From: an uncultured delta proteobacterium
Lineage (GTDB): Bacteria; Myxococcota; Myxococcia; Myxococcales; Myxococcaceae
Direction: 5' to 3'
Assembly (NCBI GenBank): GCA_963713045.1
Contig: CAVQKE010000007.1
Span: 512,001 to 576,000, forward strand
DNA length: 64,000 nucleotides
Both the position numbers and the translations under genes were made by a program. This document shows positions 39,668 through 49,247 of this stretch, piece after piece. The first letter of the stretch is position 1, and each line of letters begins with the position of its first letter. Under the pieces are notes generated by a model, which saw nothing but the letters and a program-made list of their open reading frames with translations, had not been told where the DNA came from and made no database searches.

Positions 39668-40654
39668 ATGCTGACCAAGCGGAGGCTCGGCCGACAGGGG
39701 CTCGAAGTGTCGGCACTGGGTCTCGGATGTATGGGGATGAGCCAGTCCTACGGCGTTCCCGATGACGAGGAATCGGTGGCCACGATTCACCGGGCTCTGG
39801 AACTGGGAGTCACCTTTTTCGACACCGCCGAAGCCTATGGCCCCTACCTCAACGAGGAGCTCCTCGGACGGGCCCTCAAGGGACGGCGCGAACAGGTCGT
39901 CATCGCCACGAAGTTCGGCTTCCGTATCCAGGACGGCAAGCTTGCGGGGCTGGACAGCAGGCCGGCGCACATCCGGGAGGTGGTGGAAGCATCCCTGCGC
40001 CGGCTGGGGACCGACCACATCGACCTTCTCTACCAGCACCGCGTCGACAAACAGGTGCCTATCGAGGAGGTGGTGGGCGCAATGGCCGCCCTGGTTGGCC
40101 AAGGCAAGGTTCGGTTCCTGGGGTTATCCGAGGCCGGTGAAGAAACCCTTCGCCGCGCCCACGCTGTGCATCCCATCTCCGCGCTCCAAAGCGAATACTC
40201 CCTTTGGGAGAGGAACCTAGAGACCCACATCATCCCGGTGCTCCGCCAGCTGGGCATCGGCCTGGTTCCCTTTGCTCCGCTAGGCCGCGGTTTCCTCACC
40301 GGAACGGTCCAGCGCGCCGACAGCTATCCCGCAGGCGACTTCCGCAGGAACGACCCCCGTCTTCAGGGCACGAACTTCGACGCCAACCAGCGCATCGCTG
40401 GACTGGTCCAGGCGCTGGCTGAACGGAAAAGGGCGACACCGGCTCAGGTCGCGTTGGCGTGGCTGCTGCAGCGAGGGGATGACATCGCCCCCATTCCGGG
40501 AACGAAGCGTAGGAAATACCTGGAAGAGGACGTAGCCGCTGCCGACCTCGTGCTCACCGCTGCTGAGACCGCAGAGCTGGAGTCCTCCGTCCCGCTCGGC
40601 TCAACCGCGGGCCCGCGGTATGGCCCGGAGCTGATGGCGCAGATTGACCGCTGA
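39668..40654 (+). CDS. Aldo/keto reductase
   Basis: RBS GGAGG; 'VSALGLGCMGMS', 'FFDTAEAYG', 'IATKFG', 'LYQHRVD', 'PIPGTK'. Confidence 0.95.
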   Translation: MLTKRRLGRQGLEVSALGLGCMGMSQSYGVPDDEESVATIHRALELGVTFFDTAEAYGPYLNEELLGRALKGRREQVVIATKFGFRIQDGKLAGLDSRPAHIREVVEASLRRLGTDHIDLLYQHRVDKQVPIEEVVGAMAALVGQGKVRFLGLSEAGEETLRRAHAVHPISALQSEYSLWERNLETHIIPVLRQLGIGLVPFAPLGRGFLTGTVQRADSYPAGDFRRNDPRLQGTNFDANQRIAGLVQALAERKRATPAQVALAWLLQRGDDIAPIPGTKRRKYLEEDVAAADLVLTAAETAELESSVPLGSTAGPRYGPELMAQIDR

Positions 40655-40852
40655 AGAATCGACGAGTTGAAGAACCGGAGCTACCAGGAAAATTGGAAGG
40701 CCGACGAGGAAGCAGCTGCCGCCGAAAAAGGACGATACGGGTTTGGCCTGAAGGCACGTCGGGTTTAATTGGCAGGCTTTCGTTGATACGGGCGGTAGCT
40801 GGCACGACTCCCCTAGTATCCTTCGCGACTGAGCTGGAGGTATCCTTCACAG

Positions 40853-41359
40853 ATGGGCTCGGCTCGGGGAGCGACCTTTTTCGCGCTCGGCGCGGCGCTG
40901 GCCTTCGGTTGCAACAACCCGCGAGCGCTGACGGACGCAGACGGCAGGCTCCGCCGGTTTGCTGAAGCGCTTGCGACATCGCAGGCCTCTCACAGTCTCC
41001 GCCATCGGTTCTGCTTGAAATTGCCTGAGCACCCGGAGCGATCTGAGGATTGTGCAACCCTCAATGGTTTGATTTCGGAGATGGAGGGCAGGATGGCCGC
41101 TCACCCCGAGGAGGGGCCCCGCTGCCCCACTGGGAAGGGAACGCCCGAAGAGCAGGACCAGTGCAGTTGCGAGTGGGCCTGGGTAGAGTTAGGGGCCGCA
41201 AAGGCCGCGCCCAAGTCGTGGACAGAGGTGGTCCAGTCGAACAAACTCGCCACGCTCCCCCGGATCCCCCCACCGACCTTCGTCGCCCAAATGGAGCAGT
41301 CGGGATCGGAACAGGCTTCGAAGTTCTGGACGCTGGGGTGCAAGCCCCCTTCCAAGTAG
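40853..41359 (+). CDS. Hypothetical Cys-containing lipoprotein
   Basis: GGAGG upstream; 'ALAFGC' lipobox; several Cys. Confidence 0.6.
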   Translation: MGSARGATFFALGAALAFGCNNPRALTDADGRLRRFAEALATSQASHSLRHRFCLKLPEHPERSEDCATLNGLISEMEGRMAAHPEEGPRCPTGKGTPEEQDQCSCEWAWVELGAAKAAPKSWTEVVQSNKLATLPRIPPPTFVAQMEQSGSEQASKFWTLGCKPPSK

Positions 41360-41513
41360 CCGAATTGGCATCGCTTACGGCTGATCCGAAGGCCATTGCC
41401 AGATTGCGCCGGACCGCCCATCCAATGTGGCCTGACGCAAATAGGCCGACTTCCTTCTCCGGACATAGCGAGTCGCAAAGTGCCACAATCCGTTACGCTG
41501 GCTTGCATTGCTC

Positions 41514-42809
41514 ATGAAGGCACTCGAACTGTCCACGTTGGCCCTTCTCGCGGTGGGGGCAGCGGCTGCTGGCTGCAGCACCTCGGCAGGTAACAGCACC
41601 AACGCGCCGTCGGCGCCAACGGGAGTCGAGGCGACCGCTGGGGACGCCAAAGTCACCCTCACCTGGCCGCCAGTCGGCGGAGCGACCCTCTACAACCTCT
41701 ACTGGTCCACGACCGCCGGCGTGACACCAGCGAACGGCACCAAGATTGCCGGTGCGATCAGTCCTTACGTTCAACTTGGGCTAACCAACGGAACCACCTA
41801 CTACTATGTGTTGACCGCCGTGAATGGCAGCGGTGAATCCGCAGCCTCATCTCAGGTAAATGCGGTCCCGTCAGCCAGTGCTGGTCCGCCAGGGGCGCCG
41901 ACGGGTGTCCAGGCTGCTCCGGGGAATGCTGAGGTCGCCATTTCGTGGTCGGCTGTCTCCGGAGCGACTTCCTATGACCTCTATTGGTCCACTTCGCCTG
42001 GGCTGATGCCCGCGAACGGCACCAGGATAGTCGGTGCCACCAGTCCTTACGTTCAAACTGGGCTGACCAACGGAATCACCTACTACTACGTTGTCACTGC
42101 CGTAAATGCGGATGGCGAATCGATGGCCTCGTCTCAGGTCAGCGCTGTCCCCTCGGCCACCGCGTCTACCCCCTACATTTATGCACTCATCCTTAGCCTG
42201 AGTGGAGGAGGCGTACCTCCGTATTTCGGTCATCTGGAGGCCGTCTACGTCTGTACGGATGGGTACAACTGCGACCGTCCGATTACCACCGCGACCGTGA
42301 CTGTGAATGGCGGTGCGCTCACTTACGATGGAATGTCGAGTGCCTACTTCGGCGACCAGGCGATTGCCGAGGGCAGCTCCGTCAGCCTCCAGGTGACCAT
42401 TGGCGCGGACGTGTACACCGCCAACGCGACCCAGTTCACCAGCCCTCCAACCGTCACAGCGCCCCCGACGTCAGGAGCAATTTGGATGGCCGCCAACAGC
42501 AATACCATCACGTGGAATGGCGGTGGACCCACCACCGACGCGAACTATTACGTTCAAATGTACGACAGCAGCCTCCACCAAATCTTTCCATCATCCACAT
42601 CAGACAGTGGCGAATTGCCCATCAGCACCACCGCGGCTGTTGTCTTGCAAAGCAGTCTGCCCACCGGGGACGTCTTTTTGATGGTGGGAATCGTCTCTCC
42701 CGGGGCAATCCTGCAGGACTCTGGCGGCATCTCCATTCCCAACGCCGCAGCGGGTTCCGGACTTTGGCTCGGCCTATTGGCCTCAATCGTGCCCATCACC
42801 GTCGAGTGA
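41514..42809 (+). CDS. Lipoprotein with two tandem fibronectin type III domains
   Basis: 'AAAGC' lipobox; duplicated 'APTGV.A..G...V...W..V.GAT.Y.LYWST..G..PANGT.I.GA.SPYVQ.GLTNG.TYYYV.TAVN..GES.ASSQV.AVP'. Confidence 0.9.
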   Translation: MKALELSTLALLAVGAAAAGCSTSAGNSTNAPSAPTGVEATAGDAKVTLTWPPVGGATLYNLYWSTTAGVTPANGTKIAGAISPYVQLGLTNGTTYYYVLTAVNGSGESAASSQVNAVPSASAGPPGAPTGVQAAPGNAEVAISWSAVSGATSYDLYWSTSPGLMPANGTRIVGATSPYVQTGLTNGITYYYVVTAVNADGESMASSQVSAVPSATASTPYIYALILSLSGGGVPPYFGHLEAVYVCTDGYNCDRPITTATVTVNGGALTYDGMSSAYFGDQAIAEGSSVSLQVTIGADVYTANATQFTSPPTVTAPPTSGAIWMAANSNTITWNGGGPTTDANYYVQMYDSSLHQIFPSSTSDSGELPISTTAAVVLQSSLPTGDVFLMVGIVSPGAILQDSGGISIPNAAAGSGLWLGLLASIVPITVE

Positions 42810-42820
42810 CTACCGCGTCG

Positions 42821-42857
42821 GGGTCCGGACGACCAATTGACTTGGTCGGGTTACCAT
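42821..42857. promoter_or_regulatory. Inverted repeat / GntR-FadR-like operator upstream of the glyoxylate operon
   Basis: Perfect IR CGACCAA-ttgac-TTGGTCG (42830-42848) and overlapping TGGT-N6-ACCA. Confidence 0.4.
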
Positions 42858-42925
42858 TTTGTCGCGCCGCGTCGCACGTTCCAAGTCTGTTTGCGAAGCG
42901 TCGGAGCTGGAGGCAAGGTGGCTGA

Positions 42926-44128
42926 ATGATTCGGCGCGGACGTCACTTCCTGCAAATCCCCGGTCCGACCAACGTGCCCGACCGCGTGCTCCGGGCAATG
43001 GACCGTCCGACCATTGACCACCGCGGTCCAGAGTTTCAGGCGCTTGGGCGGGAAGTGCTCGACGGGTGTCGCGCCGTCTTCCAAACCAGCGGTTCCGTCT
43101 TCATCTACCCATCCTCTGGAACGGGCGCTTGGGAGGCGGCCATCGTCAACACCTTAAGCCCAGGCGACAAGGTGCTGATGGTCGAGACTGGTCAGTTCGC
43201 CACTCTCTGGCGGGCGATGGCGCAACGACTGGGGCTGGAGGTGGACTTCGTGCCAGGAGACTGGCGCCACGGCGTGGATGCTCAAGAAATCGGCCGCCGC
43301 CTGAGCGAGGACCGAGCGCGGAAGCTTCGGGCGGTGATGGTCGTTCACAACGAAACCTCGACCGGTGTCACCAGCCGCATCGACGAAGTACGACGTGCCA
43401 TGGACCAGGCCGGCCATCCGGCGCTGTTGATGGTGGACACCATCTCTTCGCTGGCCTCCATCGACTACCGGCACGACGAGTGGGGAGTCGACGTGACCGT
43501 GGGCGGCTCACAAAAGGGCCTCATGCTTCCCCCAGGGCTTGGCTTCAACGCCGTCTCGGACAAGGCGCTGGTCTCAAGTCGAAGCGCCAAAATGCCTCGC
43601 AGCTATTGGGATTGGCAAGAGATGCTCAAGCCCAACGCGGCCGGCTTCTTTCCCTACACGCCTGCGACCAACCTCCTCTATGGGCTTCAGGAGTCTCTTC
43701 GGATGCTCGAGGAGGAGGGCCTGCCCCAAGTCTTTGCCCGTCACGCGAGGCACGCGGAAGCGACGCGCGCCGCGGCCCGAGGCTGGGGGTTGGAGTTGCT
43801 GCCGCTCAACCCAGCCGAGTACTCGAGTTCTCTTACGGCGGTGATGATGCCCGAAGGCCACGACGCTGATCGCTTCCGAGCAGCAGCGCTCGATGGGTGG
43901 GACATTTCCCTCGGCGCCGGTCTTGGCAAGTTCCAAGGACGAATCTTTCGAATCGGCCATTTGGGTAACTTCAATGACCTCATGCTGATGGGCACACTGT
44001 CGGGAGTTGAGCTGGGCCTACGGGCGGCCCGAGTTCCCATCCAGGCAGGGGGACTCGGCGCCGCGGTCGCTGCACTCTCGCATCCTCTGGACAGTTCAAC
44101 CGCCGTGGGGCGTCCCACCAGCGCCTGA
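42926..44128 (+). CDS. Serine/alanine-glyoxylate aminotransferase (class V)
   Basis: 'HFLQIPGPTNVP', 'SGTGAWEA', 'VHNETSTG', 'DTISS', 'GSQKGLMLPPG', 'FRIGHLG'. Confidence 0.93.
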   Translation: MIRRGRHFLQIPGPTNVPDRVLRAMDRPTIDHRGPEFQALGREVLDGCRAVFQTSGSVFIYPSSGTGAWEAAIVNTLSPGDKVLMVETGQFATLWRAMAQRLGLEVDFVPGDWRHGVDAQEIGRRLSEDRARKLRAVMVVHNETSTGVTSRIDEVRRAMDQAGHPALLMVDTISSLASIDYRHDEWGVDVTVGGSQKGLMLPPGLGFNAVSDKALVSSRSAKMPRSYWDWQEMLKPNAAGFFPYTPATNLLYGLQESLRMLEEEGLPQVFARHARHAEATRAAARGWGLELLPLNPAEYSSSLTAVMMPEGHDADRFRAAALDGWDISLGAGLGKFQGRIFRIGHLGNFNDLMLMGTLSGVELGLRAARVPIQAGGLGAAVAALSHPLDSSTAVGRPTSA

Positions 44129-44161
44129 CTTTCTTTTCCGGTGAAACAGGGCAAGGCGCGT

Positions 44162-45460
44162 ATGAGGCGGCGACTTCTCGGCGCTCCCAGCATCGTCATT
44201 TTGCTCCTATGTCTCATGTACTTCATCACCTACGTCGACCGGCTCAACGTGGCGACGGCCGCTCCGCTTATCCGCAAGGAGTTGGGCCTTTCGCTGACAC
44301 AACTCGGATTGGTTTTTAGTGTCTTCGCGTATCCCTACGCACTATTTCAAATTGTTGGAGGCCACCTTGGCGACCGTTTCGGTGCCGGCCGAACGCTCAC
44401 GGTGTGCGGGCTGCTCTGGTCCATTGCAACCTTGCTCACTGGCCTGGTCGGCGGACTGCTGTCGCTGCTTTTAGTCCGTTTGCTCCTCGGCATCGGCGAG
44501 GGTGCCACCTTCCCCACGGCGAACCGAGCACTCCAGTCGTGGGTGGCGGAGGACCGGCGGGGTTGGGCCCAGGGTGTGACCCACGCCTTCGCTCGAGCGG
44601 GCAGCGCCGTCACCCCTCCGCTGGTCATCGCCTTAATGGCCGCAGCGGGTTGGCGCGGCGGCTTTGTCTTGCTTGGGTTGGCAAGCACGCTTTGGGTGGG
44701 CGTCTGGGCGCTGTATTTTCGGGATGAACCGAATACACACCCCGGCGTGACCCAAGAGGAGTTGGCGGCGCTGCCGCCTACGCGCGCGAGGAGGACCGAT
44801 TCTGGCGCGCCCTGGGGGCTTCTTGTGCGGCGCATTGCACCTGTCACGCTCACCTACTTTTGTTACGGTTGGACGTTGTGGCTGTACCTCTACTGGCTCC
44901 CTTCCTTCTTCAAGGAAGGCCAGAAGTTGCAACTTACGAGCACCGCCTTCTACACCTTCGCCGTCTTCGGCTCGGGCGTCGTCGGTGACATCTTGGGCGG
45001 TCTACTCAGCGACGCCATTTTGCGGCGGACTGGCAACGTCCTCTTCGCGCGGCGCTCTGTCGTGCTCCTCGCTTACATCGGGACCATCGCTTCGTTGGTG
45101 CCAGTGCTGTACCTGCGCTCCCTCTTGCCCGTTACCATCTGCCTCAGCCTCGGCTTCTTCTTCCTGGAATTGGCCATCGGACCGATGTGGGCCGTCCCGA
45201 TGGACATCGCGCCGAAGTTCTCCGGGACCGCCTCTGGACTGATGAACTTCGGTTCAGCGGTGGCTGCCATCATTTCTCCCGTGGTGTTTGGCCTTGTCGT
45301 TGACTTGACCGGGAACTGGCACCTGCCCTTCTGGGGCTCGGTGGGTTTGTTGGTCGTCGGTTGCGTCAGCTGCTTCTTCATGCGACCGGACCGCCCGCTC
45401 ACCGACCTCTCGAAACCTCAACCTGTGCGAGCACCCGCCTCGTCGGAGGCCGCCAGCTGA
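44162..45460 (+). CDS. MFS transporter, anion:cation symporter (ACS) family
   Basis: 'ITYVDRLNV', 'GDRFG', 'RLLLGIGEGATFP', 'DIAPKFSGTASGLMN'; about 12 TM. Confidence 0.93.
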   Translation: MRRRLLGAPSIVILLLCLMYFITYVDRLNVATAAPLIRKELGLSLTQLGLVFSVFAYPYALFQIVGGHLGDRFGAGRTLTVCGLLWSIATLLTGLVGGLLSLLLVRLLLGIGEGATFPTANRALQSWVAEDRRGWAQGVTHAFARAGSAVTPPLVIALMAAAGWRGGFVLLGLASTLWVGVWALYFRDEPNTHPGVTQEELAALPPTRARRTDSGAPWGLLVRRIAPVTLTYFCYGWTLWLYLYWLPSFFKEGQKLQLTSTAFYTFAVFGSGVVGDILGGLLSDAILRRTGNVLFARRSVVLLAYIGTIASLVPVLYLRSLLPVTICLSLGFFFLELAIGPMWAVPMDIAPKFSGTASGLMNFGSAVAAIISPVVFGLVVDLTGNWHLPFWGSVGLLVVGCVSCFFMRPDRPLTDLSKPQPVRAPASSEAAS

Positions 45461-45468
45461 AGACGCCT

Positions 45469-48372
45469 GTGGAAAGTCGACCCGCGCGTTCTGCGGAAGG
45501 AAGCCTCTTGGCCGAGCGCCTGGGTCGCGAGGTCCGAGGCCACGTTCGCTTCGATGCATTCGCCCGCGGCATGTACGCCACGGACGCGTCCATCTACCAG
45601 GTCTTTCCCTTAGGTGTCGTCTTGCCCCGTGACATCTGGGACGTGCAGGCAACATTGGACATTTGTCGTGACTCCGGCGTCCCTGTCCTTCCCCGCGGGG
45701 CGGGGACGTCACAATGTGGACAAACTGTCGGCGAGGCAGTCGTCCTGGACACGAGCAAGTACCTGCGCCAGCTCGTCTCCCTCGACGTGGCGGCGCGGAG
45801 CGTGCGTGTTCAACCAGGCCTGGTCCTCGAACACCTGAACCGCCAGCTGAAACCCCACGGCCTCTTTTTCCCAATCGACCCCTCGACGGCGAACCGCGCC
45901 ACTCTGGGAGGGATGGCTGGCAACAACAGCTCCGGAGCGCGCTCCATCAAGTACGGGAACATGGTGCACAACGTCAACGCCATCGACGCCGTGCTTGCAG
46001 ATGGAAGTCGAGCCCGCTTTGGCCCGTTGCCAGCGGGGGGCACCCTTCCGCCTGGGCGCTACGGAGAGCTGGCCGGATGGCTGTCTGCTCTTGCCATCCG
46101 CGAAGCCGCGGAGATTGAAGCGCGGTTTCCTAAAGTTCTTCGGCGGGTTGGCGGGTACAACCTCGATGCGCTACTGGGCCCCAGCCCAAATCTCTCGCAC
46201 CTGCTGGTGGGGAGCGAAGGCACGTTGGCCTTCTTCACTGAGTTGGAGCTCGAACTCTCACCTCTGCCCGCGCACCGCGTTCTTGGGGTCTGCCACTTTC
46301 CGCAGTTCCACGACGCGATGGTCGCAACCAAAGAACTGGTCGCGCTGGGGCCAGTGGCGGTCGAATTGGTCGACCGAACCATTCTCGACGTCGCGCGCGA
46401 CATGCCGGAGTTTGCGACGACGGTCCAACGCTACGTGCGCGGCCAACCGGATGCCCTCCTGCTTGTGGAATTCGAGGGGGAAGAGGCTCGCGAGCTAGAA
46501 AGGCTGCTGGCGGCGCTGGATGGCCGGATGGCAGAACTGGGCTTCCCAGCAAGCACGGTGCGCGTCGCTGACTCCGCCGCCCAGGCGGAGGTGTGGAACC
46601 TTCGCTCGGCAGGCCTCAACCTGGTGAGCAATGTCCGCGGAGACGCGAAGCCGGTCTCCATCATCGAGGATTGTGCGGTGCCGCTGGAGCACCTGGCGGA
46701 CTACACGGAACGGCTGACGCAGCTGTTCGCTCGCCATGGCACCCGGGGCACCTGGTACGCCCACGCGTCGGTCGGGTGCCTGCATGTTCGACCGGTGCTC
46801 AACATGAAGAGCGACGTCGACGTCGGCAAGCTCCGAGCGATTGCCGAAGAAGCCTTCTCCATGGTGCGCACTTATAAAGGCAGTCATTCCGGCGAGCATG
46901 GCGACGGCATCGTGCGCAGTGAGTTTCACCAAGAAATGTTCGGCCGGGAGTTGGTCGACGCGTTCGAGGCGGTGAAGGACGCGTTCGATCCAAAAGGACT
47001 CTTCAATCCCGGAAAAATCGTGCGGGCGCCGAAGATGGATGACCGCCGTCTTTTTCGCTATTCGCCCGAATATCGGCCGATGCCGCTGGAGACTGCGCTG
47101 GACTGGTCGTCTTGGGGCGGCTTCAGCGGTGCAGTCGAGATGTGCAACAACAACGGGGCTTGCCGAAAGACGGACCCCGGCGTGATGTGCCCGTCGTTTA
47201 TGGTTACCCAAGACGAGGAGCACGGAGTCCGCGGTCGAGCAAACGCGCTTCGTCTGGCTTTAAGTGGACAGCTTGGGCCAGAGGCCCTGGTGTCCGATGG
47301 AATGGCGAAGACGCTGTCTCTTTGTGTGGGCTGCAAGGGTTGCAAGAGGGAGTGTCCCACCGGCGTCGACATGGCGAGGATGAAGCTCGAATACCTCTGG
47401 CAGCGACGGAGACGTCACGGGCTCCGCCTTCGGGACCGAGCGGTGGCGACGCTTCCCCGCACTGCGCCGCTCCTGCGGCATTTCCGTTGGCTGCTCGGGC
47501 TCAGGGACACAGTCCCCGGTTTGGCGCGTCTCACGGAGCGCGTTTCCGGACTCAGTTCCCGGCGGCGGCTACCCAGGCTGAGCGCGAGGCCATTTCTCGG
47601 GAATGTCGAGAGAAGCCAGGACAATGGCAGCGGTGCGGAAGTGGTGCTGCTGATGGACACCTTCACCACCTGGTTCGAGCCGGAAACGGCGCGTGCCGCG
47701 CTCCGTGTTCTCGAACGGGGTGGATACCGCGTGCACCTTCCACGTGCTTCCAGCCAACGCCGGCCACTGTGCTGCGGGCGAACGTTTCTTTCCGTCGGGA
47801 TGGTGGAGGAGGCCCGCAAGGAAGCCCATGCCATGTTGGAGGCGCTGCGGCCCTTCGTTGAGCGAGGGGTGCCGGTGGTCGGGCTTGAGCCTTCCTGTTT
47901 GCTGACGCTTCGGGATGAGTTCCTGGCGATGCTTCCGGGCGAGGCGGCCAAGCGTCTGGCGGCGTCGGCGCTGCTTTTCGAGGAATTCGTCGACCGCGAA
48001 GCAGCCGCTGGGCGCCTTGCCCTGCCCCTTCACAGTCTCCCCGAGCGCCGTGTCTTGCTTCACGGGCACTGCCACCAGAAGGCCTTCGGAGCGTTGCCCG
48101 CCGTCAACCGGGTGCTAGCGTTGATTCCGAATCTCCAGGTCCAGACCGTCGCCGGCAGCTGCTGTGGCATGGCAGGCACCTTCGGCTATCAGGCCCAGAA
48201 TTTCGACATCTCCATGGCCATGGCCGAGAGAACGCTTCTTCCTGCAGTCCGTCAGGCACCGCCTGACACGCTCCTGGTGGCAGACGGATTCAGCTGCCAA
48301 CATCAGATTTTCGCTGGCACTGGCCGCAGGGCGACCCATGTGGCGTGCGTCCTCGATGCCGCATCATGCTGA
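45469..48372 (+). CDS. FAD-linked 2-hydroxyacid oxidase/dehydrogenase fused to Fe-S/CCG domains (GlcD-GlcF-like)
   Basis: 'YATDASIY', 'PRGAGTS', 'GSEGTL', 'HASVGCLHVRP', 'SGEHGDG', 'CNNNGAC', 'CVGCKGCKRECP', 'CCGR', 'HGHCHQK', 'CCGMAG'. Confidence 0.93.
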   Translation: MESRPARSAEGSLLAERLGREVRGHVRFDAFARGMYATDASIYQVFPLGVVLPRDIWDVQATLDICRDSGVPVLPRGAGTSQCGQTVGEAVVLDTSKYLRQLVSLDVAARSVRVQPGLVLEHLNRQLKPHGLFFPIDPSTANRATLGGMAGNNSSGARSIKYGNMVHNVNAIDAVLADGSRARFGPLPAGGTLPPGRYGELAGWLSALAIREAAEIEARFPKVLRRVGGYNLDALLGPSPNLSHLLVGSEGTLAFFTELELELSPLPAHRVLGVCHFPQFHDAMVATKELVALGPVAVELVDRTILDVARDMPEFATTVQRYVRGQPDALLLVEFEGEEARELERLLAALDGRMAELGFPASTVRVADSAAQAEVWNLRSAGLNLVSNVRGDAKPVSIIEDCAVPLEHLADYTERLTQLFARHGTRGTWYAHASVGCLHVRPVLNMKSDVDVGKLRAIAEEAFSMVRTYKGSHSGEHGDGIVRSEFHQEMFGRELVDAFEAVKDAFDPKGLFNPGKIVRAPKMDDRRLFRYSPEYRPMPLETALDWSSWGGFSGAVEMCNNNGACRKTDPGVMCPSFMVTQDEEHGVRGRANALRLALSGQLGPEALVSDGMAKTLSLCVGCKGCKRECPTGVDMARMKLEYLWQRRRRHGLRLRDRAVATLPRTAPLLRHFRWLLGLRDTVPGLARLTERVSGLSSRRRLPRLSARPFLGNVERSQDNGSGAEVVLLMDTFTTWFEPETARAALRVLERGGYRVHLPRASSQRRPLCCGRTFLSVGMVEEARKEAHAMLEALRPFVERGVPVVGLEPSCLLTLRDEFLAMLPGEAAKRLAASALLFEEFVDREAAAGRLALPLHSLPERRVLLHGHCHQKAFGALPAVNRVLALIPNLQVQTVAGSCCGMAGTFGYQAQNFDISMAMAERTLLPAVRQAPPDTLLVADGFSCQHQIFAGTGRRATHVACVLDAASC

Positions 48373-48561
48373 CGCTCGACCCGTCCCCCTTGCCCTGGAT
48401 TCCGTGTCGACGTCCGGCTGGGCGATGGGCAGTCACCCACCCATCGAGAATAAGCTGCCCGTTTGGTGCGAACGAAACCAAGACATCGCACAGAATGTCT
48501 TGTCGCCCGGCTGGTAGGCGCCGAGAATCATCGAGAAGTCGACCGACGGGAGGAGCCCCTG

Positions 48562-49122
48562 ATGACTGGCATGAGCGCGCTGTGGCTGCCTATTTTGCTT
48601 TCCTCAGTTTTCGTCTTTTTTGTGAGCTCCATCATTCATATGGCGTCGCCGTGGCACAAAAATGATTTCCCGGCGTTAGAGAACCAAGACCGCATCATGG
48701 AGGCGCTCCGCCCATTCTCGATTCGCCCGGGCGATTATTTCGTGCCTCGGCCTGCGAATAGACAGGAACTGCGGTCGCCCGAATTCATCGAAAAAATGAA
48801 AAAAGGGCCAGTCATCATCATGACGGTCATGCCGAACGGCCCAACGTCAATGGGTAGAAACCTCATCCAATGGTTCGTCTATTCCGTGGTGGTGGGGATT
48901 TTTGCCGCCTACGTTGCCGGTCGGGCGTTGCCTTCGGGTTCGCCCTATCTCCAAGTCTTCCGCTTTGCGGGTGTCACGGCCTTTTTGGGCTACTCCCTTG
49001 CGCTTTGGCCGCTCTCCATCTGGTATCGCCGAGCTTGGAGTACGACTGTTAAGGGTACCGTCGACGGGTTAATTTACGCTGGGCTGACGGCTGGAACTTT
49101 CGGGTGGCTTTGGCCGCGTTAG
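48562..49122 (+). CDS. Conserved-looking integral membrane protein
   Basis: RBS GGAGGAG; four hydrophobic segments; '[14 protein letters not shown]'. Confidence 0.8.
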   Translation: MTGMSALWLPILLSSVFVFFVSSIIHMASPWHKNDFPALENQDRIMEALRPFSIRPGDYFVPRPANRQELRSPEFIEKMKKGPVIIMTVMPNGPTSMGRNLIQWFVYSVVVGIFAAYVAGRALPSGSPYLQVFRFAGVTAFLGYSLALWPLSIWYRRAWSTTVKGTVDGLIYAGLTAGTFGWLWPR

Positions 49123-49247
49123 TTCGCGGCGACCGACAGCCTGCCCCGCTTCAAGCGTCTGTCGTCGAGCGCTCTTCAGGGGCTTCGACTCCAGGTCGCA
49201 CACTTCGTCGGCCTCGGCATGAGGACTTCGTGATTCCGAAGCCGCCT

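Noticed and set aside
41603..42155. About 290-bp tandem DNA duplication
   Set aside because: Explained by the two FN3 domains of the lipoprotein.
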